From a virus: DNA of 64,000 nucleotides. This document shows, piece by piece, positions 57,141 through 64,000 of the stretch. Each line of letters begins with the position of its first letter. Position 1 is the stretch's first letter. A program made the position numbers and the translations under genes. The notes under the pieces are model-generated. The model did no database searches and was not told the origin of the DNA. It was given only the letters and a program-made list of their open reading frames with translations. The stretch lies in IMG/VR virus record IMGVR_UViG_3300044994_000320, positions 23,212 through 87,211 of that record, one strand, 5' to 3'.

Positions 57141-58534
57141 AACTGTTTCCAACAAATTTCAGATTTGTGCGTATTGACCTTCCACAAGAAATGGAAGATT
57201 TGATACAGAGTATTTATGAGGCCCTTTCGCCAGAAGTTCGCGGAATGGTCAGTTCGTTTTATTTTAGCGATATGGTTTCAGCGCAATTTTTAGGCGAACG
57301 AGTAAAGAACTATCTTGCAACGATAAACGAATTGCGTATTGAAGCGTCAAACCAAGGCGTTCTTAATTACAAAGACGCAGTAGAGCTTTTTATTGAGTAT
57401 CGTCGATCCATTCTCGAATATGTTCAGTGCAATATGTATTATGCTATTCAGATGGCTCCCGGCACAGCTTTAGAGCTTACAGAAGTCGTGTGTTTTTTTC
57501 TTGCCGGAATGCTCGAAGGCTTAGCCAATTCAAATACGCCGCCAGTTCCTGTTCCTGGGCAGAGCACTTCTGTCCCTGGGCCGCAGGTTTCCAGAAACAG
57601 CAAAAGTTCTGTTGATTATACGGCTTCGGCTCTAGCTGCGTGGAGAGACATCCCATCGCTTTTCGATTTGCTTAGTAGCTATTCCGGCATAAGGCAAAAG
57701 AACACTGGTAATGCTACAGGTGCGAGTAGAAGTAATGCTCGAACTTTTACGAGAAAGCAGCTTATCCGCGAAATCGAAGAACGCATGGTAGATATAAGCA
57801 GTAAGGTGTACCAAGTTGGCAGCCTGTTCGATATTGCCAGGTCAATCCAAGCGTCTCTTGATTTAGCTCTCGGAGGAGCGACAGAGGAGTCTCACGTTGT
57901 CTCAACCGATGTGGATTTTAGGAAAATCCAATCGTTGAGTGAACTACCGAATCAAGTTATCGAATACCCAGAAGAAATGGCGGATTCTTTGGCGCTATCT
58001 AAGAATCTACGTGTGCAAAAGTATGCCCGTCGTGTAAAAGGTAAAATCTCTGCGGCGATAGCTTTCGATGTTTCAGGGTCTATTAACGATCGCAGAGAGA
58101 CCCTCATAAAAGGTTGTGTTATGGCTTACGGGCAGCGTGTTGCAAAAGAAGGCGGCGTTCTGGATATTGCGTATTTTCACGATTGGGTTTCTGACTACTT
58201 GCATGTAACCGACGACAGAACTTGGTCTGCAAGTTTGAAAGAGATTTTTGAAATCGAAACAGATGAAGGTACCGACATCGACCGCGCCGTGGCGTCCATT
58301 GCTGAGAGAATCACGATGCAAGGTCTAGATCACGGTATCCTGATAACCGACGGCACACAGGATATGGTCGATACTTCTCGTGTCCCGCAGTCGGCTTGGG
58401 ATAAGATTACCGTTATCTGCCTCGATAGTATGCTACCAAATTTACGTGAAAAGGCGGCAAAGTATTTTAGAGTCGATAGCATGAACATTTCGGCTCATAA
58501 CTTTGCGTCAATCTTCTACGAAATAGAAAAGTGA
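57137..58534 (+). CDS. VWA domain protein (ViaA-like)
   Basis: MIDAS DVSGS, GTDI, ITDG. Confidence 0.85.
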   Translation: MKLFPTNFRFVRIDLPQEMEDLIQSIYEALSPEVRGMVSSFYFSDMVSAQFLGERVKNYLATINELRIEASNQGVLNYKDAVELFIEYRRSILEYVQCNMYYAIQMAPGTALELTEVVCFFLAGMLEGLANSNTPPVPVPGQSTSVPGPQVSRNSKSSVDYTASALAAWRDIPSLFDLLSSYSGIRQKNTGNATGASRSNARTFTRKQLIREIEERMVDISSKVYQVGSLFDIARSIQASLDLALGGATEESHVVSTDVDFRKIQSLSELPNQVIEYPEEMADSLALSKNLRVQKYARRVKGKISAAIAFDVSGSINDRRETLIKGCVMAYGQRVAKEGGVLDIAYFHDWVSDYLHVTDDRTWSASLKEIFEIETDEGTDIDRAVASIAERITMQGLDHGILITDGTQDMVDTSRVPQSAWDKITVICLDSMLPNLREKAAKYFRVDSMNISAHNFASIFYEIEK

Positions 58535-58540
58535 GGAACA

Positions 58541-59077
58541 ATGGACATTAAAAAAGAAATCGCAGAATGGGAGCTACTTGATTCAGAAATCGAAAAAGAA
58601 ATGGCCGAAATCGGCCTTCCAAAAATAAGAAAACCAAAGAACGAAGAATTCCCTGAGTTTCCGCCAGATATATCCACCCTTACCGGGCATGATATTACAA
58701 GGTTAATGGGTGAGTATTCTGCTTGGGCCGGGTATGTGCGCCCATTGCTGGCAAAAGTTCTTGCAAGAAAAGGCATCGAAGAGAATCTACGCGAGAAAGT
58801 CTATTCCCGCGTAGTCATGGAAAATCGCGCAAAAGAAGAAAAAGTTTCTGACGCCAAGTCTGCCGCAGAGGTTGACAGCCACATCATGGCCCTCGATAAG
58901 AAGATTGCAAAAGATGAAGCAAAAGCCACGCATCTACGAGAGCTTCTTACCACGTTGGACAGCTACGTTAAAACGCTTTCTCGGCAGCTTACTCTTTTAG
59001 CTATGGATGAAGATTCCGAAGGAAAGGGGGATCGTCGTGTTATCGGTAAATCCAAAGGAGACATTTATGCAGGTTAG
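58541..59077 (+). CDS. coiled-coil protein (possible UvsY-like mediator)
   Basis: Helical, charged, LSRQLT near C-terminus; function inferred only. Confidence 0.35.
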   Translation: MDIKKEIAEWELLDSEIEKEMAEIGLPKIRKPKNEEFPEFPPDISTLTGHDITRLMGEYSAWAGYVRPLLAKVLARKGIEENLREKVYSRVVMENRAKEEKVSDAKSAAEVDSHIMALDKKIAKDEAKATHLRELLTTLDSYVKTLSRQLTLLAMDEDSEGKGDRRVIGKSKGDIYAG

Positions 59078-59765
59078 TTCAGACATCCCTGTTCACGAGA
59101 TATTCCCTACAGTACAAGGAGAGGGTAGATATTTGGGCTACCCCGCCGTGTTTATTCGACTTCAAGGGTGCAACTACGGGCTAAAAATTTGTCCGTGGTG
59201 TGACCAGGCCGATTCCACAATTATGTCCAAGAGAGCAGAAAGGCTTATGTCTCCAGAAGACGTTTTTCGGCGTGTAGTAGAAGCTGCAGATGCTATCAAG
59301 GCAAAGCTTGTCGTTCTCACTGGTGGAGAGCCTACCGCGTTTAAGTATTGGGAACCCCTAATCCAAGGTCTTATGGGGTTAGGTAAGTTTGAGCGCTGTG
59401 TCGTAGAAACTAACGGCTCTACAAAAGAAATCTTGATTCCGCGCTATTTACACGATGTGACCTTCTCCATCGCCCCAAAAATAGCTACATGGCGTCCAGA
59501 CATCTATAAAGATGTCGATTCTTACTTAAAGCTTACAGTTGGCCCAGATTCTTTAGAGATCAATGATAACGCAATAAGTCAATTCCTTGCTTTACGTAAA
59601 GACGTTCAGGTCTATATACAGCCTTGCGATATGTCCTCAGTTACAGGAAGTGCCAAGTTTACTTACGCCGAGTCTTACGCGTATTTTCTAGAGCTGTGCG
59701 AGAGATACCCAAAAGCTGACTTGCGTATGGGTATTCAAGCGCATAAAGTGTGGGGTGTCAGATGA
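59067..59765 (+). CDS. queE: 7-carboxy-7-deazaguanine synthase (radical SAM)
   Basis: EIF.TVQGEG..G.PAVFIRL.GCN..CPWCD, TGGEP, VETNGS, QP, Q.HK; start moved to ATG 59067 (AAGGAG SD). Confidence 0.92.
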   Translation: MQVSSDIPVHEIFPTVQGEGRYLGYPAVFIRLQGCNYGLKICPWCDQADSTIMSKRAERLMSPEDVFRRVVEAADAIKAKLVVLTGGEPTAFKYWEPLIQGLMGLGKFERCVVETNGSTKEILIPRYLHDVTFSIAPKIATWRPDIYKDVDSYLKLTVGPDSLEINDNAISQFLALRKDVQVYIQPCDMSSVTGSAKFTYAESYAYFLELCERYPKADLRMGIQAHKVWGVR

Positions 59766-60028
59766 TAGAAAACCCAGAAAAAATTCGCGCGATTGTAAAT
59801 GCCACAATGGCTGTAGCGACTACAGGTGGCGTCGCCTCTAACCTTTTAGGTAACGCGCTTCGAATGGACAACACTAAGATCACGGATGATATTGAAAAAC
59901 AGCTAGCCGCTCGCGCGGGTCATTGTATCTTAACGGCTAATGCCTTGCTCGCCCTTTTAGGAGTGAGTCAGCAAGAAGCTATCTCTGCCGCAGAAAAAGA
60001 AATCGCCAATTCGGGTAGTTTGAAATGA
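59762..60028 (+). CDS. hypothetical protein
   Basis: ATGA overlap with queE stop. Confidence 0.55.
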   Translation: MIENPEKIRAIVNATMAVATTGGVASNLLGNALRMDNTKITDDIEKQLAARAGHCILTANALLALLGVSQQEAISAAEKEIANSGSLK

Positions 60029-60231
60029 AGCTCTATACTTTCACTGAATTGGTTAAGCATTTGTACTATGGTGGAGCTATCGCAGAAAACGGTTGGCCGA
60101 AAGAAAAGTTCATAAAGATGCACAGGCAGACCTCGCGTTTAATTCTCTACAACGGTAATTTGCGGTCAGAGACAAAAATAGCAGACGAAGATCGCCTAAA
60201 AAAGAAGTGGGTTATCAGTAATGGAAAATGA
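60025..60231 (+). CDS. hypothetical protein
   Basis: Coupled small ORF. Confidence 0.5.
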   Translation: MKLYTFTELVKHLYYGGAIAENGWPKEKFIKMHRQTSRLILYNGNLRSETKIADEDRLKKKWVISNGK

Positions 60232-60394
60232 ACATATGAGCTTTATAGACAATATTGACGCGCTTCGTTTATTTATCGTGTTAGTTGTCTTTTACCTCAT
60301 TGCGTATAGCCGAGAAAAGCGTTGGGCTTCTCAAGTTTACGCGTGGATTCGCACAGGAGTCGCAAATTCATGGAAAAAACTAAAGAAAAAGTGA
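60221..60394 (+). CDS. small TM protein (not in ORF track)
   Basis: 57 aa with LFIVLVVFYLIAY; fills the gap between neighbours. Confidence 0.4.
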   Translation: MENEHMSFIDNIDALRLFIVLVVFYLIAYSREKRWASQVYAWIRTGVANSWKKLKKK

Positions 60395-60906
60395 CAGCAA
60401 TCCGACGGCGAGTCGAGGCGACTCTACTGTATGCCTTAGCAAAGGCTATGTCAAAAGTCAGTGTGTTCTTTACTGAGCAGCGCAAAAAGCGCGGAAAGTA
60501 TAAGCCTTCAGAGATCATCCAGCTTGCTCACGGCTTAATTTCAGAAAAAGAAAAAACGTGTAGAAGGTATCGCCTTATAGGTATAAAACCTGTACCACAG
60601 AAAATAAATGCGATAAAAGTTCGCTACCAGGTGCAGTACCACTTTTCCGGTTCCAACGCGGTTACCCGAGAAGAAGAGTTTGTTTTAGACGGCCCTATCT
60701 GGCCTATGGACTTTTCTGACGATGTTGACTTTTTGAACTTTATGGCTGGAAAACCTTACGGTAAAAAAAGGGAAAAAGCGCAAAAGCTTTACGATAAAGC
60801 TGTGTTCAATGCAGCCAAGCAAATTCAGCGAGATCCGACAAAAAAGGTCTTGATAAGGTCTCCAGAAGGAAAACTACTCCAGTTATACAGCGCTAAAAAA
60901 GATTGA
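60370..60906 (+). CDS. basic hypothetical protein
   Basis: Start moved to ATG 60370 (AGGAG upstream). Confidence 0.55.
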   Translation: MEKTKEKVTAIRRRVEATLLYALAKAMSKVSVFFTEQRKKRGKYKPSEIIQLAHGLISEKEKTCRRYRLIGIKPVPQKINAIKVRYQVQYHFSGSNAVTREEEFVLDGPIWPMDFSDDVDFLNFMAGKPYGKKREKAQKLYDKAVFNAAKQIQRDPTKKVLIRSPEGKLLQLYSAKKD

Positions 60907-60974
60907 CGTATGCATTGTAACTCTGATTAAAGCGCACAAACGTAGCCTACTACGTGATTTGAAAGGAGACTTGC

Positions 60975-61538
60975 ATGATTGTCTTGGGGCTCGATTCCGG
61001 CGGTCGCTATAACGGCTTAGCTGTTGGCGACTTGGTTAAAAAAAGCATAAATCGCGCAGAGCTTTTTATGCAACCATTTACAAAACCATCTCCCGATAAG
61101 TTAATCCAAGTTGTAGAATTTGCTACAAGTTGGGTCACAAAATTTAAGCCCGCGTGCGTCGTAGCAGAAAACTACGCATTTGGTGGTATGAATTTTAATC
61201 GTGAAGTGCCAGAAGTTTTTGGTGTTTACAAGATGGTTTTTCATAAGTGCCGCGTGCCCTTGATACTTGTTCCACCGTCAAGCGCAAAGAAAGCAGTCAC
61301 CGGTTCAGGTAGAGCGACTAAAGCAGAAGTTCAGAAAGCCGCAAAAGAGTTCATCGTTAAAAATAAGGTCGATGTTGTTATTGAGGCTTTACCTCGTGAG
61401 CTTCAATCTCATCCGTATGATGCGCTTTCACTTCTTGTAGCTTTGGTTCGAGCAGACAAAGAGTCGCCTATACGCAGAGACTTGCGAATAGTAGGAGAAT
61501 TTTACGGGATCAATCTTTTAGGAGCACTGTATGAGTGA
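60975..61538 (+). CDS. ruvC: RuvC-like Holliday junction resolvase
   Basis: VLGLDSG, VAE, P...KKAVTGSGRATKAEV, DAL. Confidence 0.85.
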   Translation: MIVLGLDSGGRYNGLAVGDLVKKSINRAELFMQPFTKPSPDKLIQVVEFATSWVTKFKPACVVAENYAFGGMNFNREVPEVFGVYKMVFHKCRVPLILVPPSSAKKAVTGSGRATKAEVQKAAKEFIVKNKVDVVIEALPRELQSHPYDALSLLVALVRADKESPIRRDLRIVGEFYGINLLGALYE

Positions 61539-61830
61539 AGCCCCAACAGGTACAAGCAGTAGTATAGAATTGAAAGTCGCTGCTTCCAATAATGTTCAAA
61601 AAACTGCTACTGCTATTGTTAAAAATATCCAAGAAGGAAAACAAGTAAGCGTTTCAGCAGTAGGCCCAGAAGCTGTTAATCAAGCAGTCAAAAGTGTGGC
61701 CGCAGCACGAGGTAAAATTGCTTCAAACGGTGTGAACCTTCTGGCGCAAATCGGCTTTCGTACTTTCAAACAAGACGAAAGTGACGCACGAGAAAAAACA
61801 GCGATGATTTTCAAACTGCTTATACAGTAA
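61531..61830 (+). CDS. spoVS: stage V sporulation protein S-like protein
   Basis: LKVA..SN....A.AI...AVG..AVNQAVK.VA.ARG..G..F..E.TA..F matches SpoVS. Confidence 0.85.
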   Translation: MSEAPTGTSSSIELKVAASNNVQKTATAIVKNIQEGKQVSVSAVGPEAVNQAVKSVAAARGKIASNGVNLLAQIGFRTFKQDESDAREKTAMIFKLLIQ

Positions 61831-62429
61831 TGCCTAAAGCTCAAAAGCCTAAGATACCGGGCGTCGATTTTAGGCGCCTTCCAGTTTTAGAAAAACTGTA
61901 CGCGCAGTTTATGACAGAGTTAGGGATAGACCTTAAAGACCCTAACTGTTCAGATACTCCAAAACGTGTGTCCAAGATGTTTCTTGAAGAGTTTACTCCA
62001 GCGTTGTTCAGTCAGCCAGAAGGTATCGTAACCGCTTTTCCAAACGAAAAAAACGTCTATGATCAGTACCTTGCTGTTGGCAACATACCTTTTTACTCGA
62101 TCTGCGCTCACCATCACGTCACGTTTTTCGGCACAGCAAATATCGTGTACCATCCAAAAGATAAGTTGTTAGGACTGAGCAAATTCTCGCGAATTGTGAA
62201 CCATTATTGCAAAAAGCCTCAGATACAAGAAAACCTCACGGCTGAAATTTTAGATGCGGTTGTACGGGCTACAGACCCACACGGCGTTTACGTCAATTTA
62301 GTAGGAAGGCACTTCTGCATGGAATCTAGAGGTGTTCGGTCACACGGGGCCCATACGGTTACGTCAAAAATTTACGGCGAAATCGACAAGAATGAAGCCA
62401 TAAAATTGTTAAGGGAGTATCAACGATGA
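61830..62429 (+). CDS. folE: GTP cyclohydrolase I
   Basis: DTPKRV, FYSICAHH, LGLSKF.R, PQIQE.LT, HFCM..RGV. Confidence 0.95.
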   Translation: MPKAQKPKIPGVDFRRLPVLEKLYAQFMTELGIDLKDPNCSDTPKRVSKMFLEEFTPALFSQPEGIVTAFPNEKNVYDQYLAVGNIPFYSICAHHHVTFFGTANIVYHPKDKLLGLSKFSRIVNHYCKKPQIQENLTAEILDAVVRATDPHGVYVNLVGRHFCMESRGVRSHGAHTVTSKIYGEIDKNEAIKLLREYQR

Positions 62430-62851
62430 TAAAACTGTTGAAAGATAAAAAGAAATCAAAAGTGCGGGAGCGTCTCGACAAAAAAGTGCGTAGATTTATC
62501 GAATTCAAGTTGCAGTTCCCCAAGGTGCACTGGTTCCCCAAAGCCGAAGGAATTTTCGCGTATTTGAAAAGCCCTCATCGTCACCTATTCCACGTTCATG
62601 TGCGAGTCGAGGTATTTGAAGCCGATAGAGAAATCGAATTTTTAGAGCTTCAAAGAATTACCGCTAACTATATCGGTAGTTCAAAGTGGATAGAGCCGAG
62701 TGAAGATTCCTGCGAGCATATTGCAGAGTACATTCACGGTTTTCTATCCGGCTACCTTGGTAAGTTATCCCCTAATGGTCCGGTTCGCGGTATTTCAGTT
62801 CGCGTACTGGAAGACAACGAAAACGGCGCGGAGTTTCAATCAGACTTATGA
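62426..62851 (+). CDS. queD: phage-type QueD-like 6-carboxytetrahydropterin synthase
   Basis: T-fold His ligands H.FP..HRHLF, IEF, SCE, EDNENGA; coupled to folE. Confidence 0.65.
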   Translation: MIKLLKDKKKSKVRERLDKKVRRFIEFKLQFPKVHWFPKAEGIFAYLKSPHRHLFHVHVRVEVFEADREIEFLELQRITANYIGSSKWIEPSEDSCEHIAEYIHGFLSGYLGKLSPNGPVRGISVRVLEDNENGAEFQSDL

Positions 62852-63660
62852 GCTACATAAAAAGTTATTGTAAGTACCCGCATATCACCGCCGCGTATTG
62901 TACTTATGCAAATCCTCAGAATGTCGGCGCTATCATAGGGTCGATGCACTCCCTTATTCACGAGGGTATTTCAAAGTTTGTTATAGTGGATAATGGCTCG
63001 AACTGCACAATGTACACGTTCTCAAATTTTGTTGAGTATTTGGATTTGATCAAAGAGCATTTTGGTGTAGAAGTCGAGTACATTCGTGTTACCGGTAAAA
63101 CCCTTTGGGAATACCGAGCCATTGCGTACAACGCTGTAAAGACCGAGAAAATTTTGATTATTGACGATGATATGTTCGCTATGCCTAAAGCAGTTAGCGC
63201 GCTGGATAGTGCACTTCTCGATCAAGGCTTTGTCTCCGCCACAGTTTCACAAGAAGGAGGAATAGGGCTAAAAAATCGCGATTTTAGCGAGACCTTCGAT
63301 ATTGGGCTTATAGCTACGGGCTTCTACAAAGAAGACCTCATAATCGAAGGTATAAAGATCGTCGGGCCACCTATTCTGACCTTTGCAAAGTATTTGCAGT
63401 CAAAGGATTTCAGCGATTTTATGTCTGACATTAAAAAACGTATTACTGATGCGGGGTTTGATCTTTCAAAGGTTGGTGGTGAAGACTCTGCAGTGTCTTT
63501 TTTTCTCGCGACATATTGTGGTAAAAGAGACGGCTCTGTAGTTACCGGTTCAAGGTTCATCCATAACGGTGCAAAGTCTCCGTACATGAAATGGTACGAC
63601 GGCGGAGACATCTTGCCGTTTATTTTTAAGACGTATCCAGAAAACAACAGGAGAAAATAA
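62848..63660 (+). CDS. glycosyltransferase, GT2/GT-A fold
   Basis: VIVDNGS, ILIIDDD (DxD), GGED. Confidence 0.75.
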   Translation: MSYIKSYCKYPHITAAYCTYANPQNVGAIIGSMHSLIHEGISKFVIVDNGSNCTMYTFSNFVEYLDLIKEHFGVEVEYIRVTGKTLWEYRAIAYNAVKTEKILIIDDDMFAMPKAVSALDSALLDQGFVSATVSQEGGIGLKNRDFSETFDIGLIATGFYKEDLIIEGIKIVGPPILTFAKYLQSKDFSDFMSDIKKRITDAGFDLSKVGGEDSAVSFFLATYCGKRDGSVVTGSRFIHNGAKSPYMKWYDGGDILPFIFKTYPENNRRK

Positions 63661-64000
63661 ATGAAAAATCTGATAGTAGTCGCGCACCCGGATGACGAAA
63701 GCTTCTTCTTCGGCGGGAGAATGCTGCAGTCGCCCGAGCAAACATTCGATGTTTTAGTAATCACTGACGGAGGCCATCACGACGGGGAAACAAAGCAAAA
63801 TCCCGGCAAGCGCCTCGAACGGTTATACGCAGCCGCAAAAAAATTCGGCTTTCGAGTTATTCCTAACCCTAACGCGCTCCCTGACTACTACTCCAAACGC
63901 CTCGACTTCGACGCCATCGTATCCCTGATAGAACCCCTCGCAGTCGGTAGTCATTACGACCGGGTCTATACGCACAGCCCTATTGGTGACGAAGGCAGGC
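63661..64000 (+). CDS. PIG-L/LmbE family deacetylase (3'-truncated by window end; not in ORF track)
   Basis: Own translation: MKNLIVVAHPDDESFFFGG...ITDG...VYTHSPIGDEGR; AGGAG SD. Confidence 0.85.
   Translation, partial: MKNLIVVAHPDDESFFFGGRMLQSPEQTFDVLVITDGGHHDGETKQNPGKRLERLYAAAKKFGFRVIPNPNALPDYYSKRLDFDAIVSLIEPLAVGSHYDRVYTHSPIGDEGR

Noticed and set aside
1-64000. Minus-strand ORFs in the ORF track (e.g. 3541-4125, 36371-37063, 52273-52851)
   Set aside because: They are antisense shadows of well-supported + strand genes, with no motifs or independent SD; 36371-37063 only mirrors the Pro-rich repeat
1-64000. Genome-wide stop-codon reassignment
   Set aside because: Core genes are intact under code 11, and TAG and TGA act as real stops followed by coupled starts

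Overview
The window is a gene-dense segment of a tailed bacteriophage genome (Caudoviricetes, contractile-tailed myovirus), with essentially all credible genes on the + strand. Gene order: small Zn-ribbon and orphan genes plus a 580-bp non-coding gap (1-2751); terminase, portal, scaffold and major capsid (2752-9292); an unusually placed fibre, accessory and lysis block (9341-23957) with a DUF6519-like fibre anchor, a duplicated two-gene cassette, M23 endolysin, holin-like genes, a patatin phospholipase and a spanin-like lipoprotein; neck, sheath, gp19-type tube, frameshifting chaperone, tape measure and baseplate (24119-40238); replication and recombination genes (ligase, SF2 helicase, initiator with DnaC-like loader, DnaB, DnaG, PolA, SSB, RecA, two resolvases, Cas4-like nuclease, RavA/ViaA-like pair; 40323-61538); and a 7-deazaguanine pathway (queE, folE, queD-like) running directly into a GT2 glycosyltransferase and a PIG-L deacetylase cut off by the window end. 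The best candidates for new biology are (i) a possible sugar-decorated deazaguanine DNA hypermodification system, (ii) a 47-nt anticodon-less tRNA-like element between polA and ssb, (iii) a patatin/u-spanin lysis module, (iv) a Pro-rich repeat protein in the spike-tip (PAAR) position and (v) a pseudoknot over the terL start codon. All functional calls come from motifs and synteny read by eye; no database searches were run and the host is not determinable.
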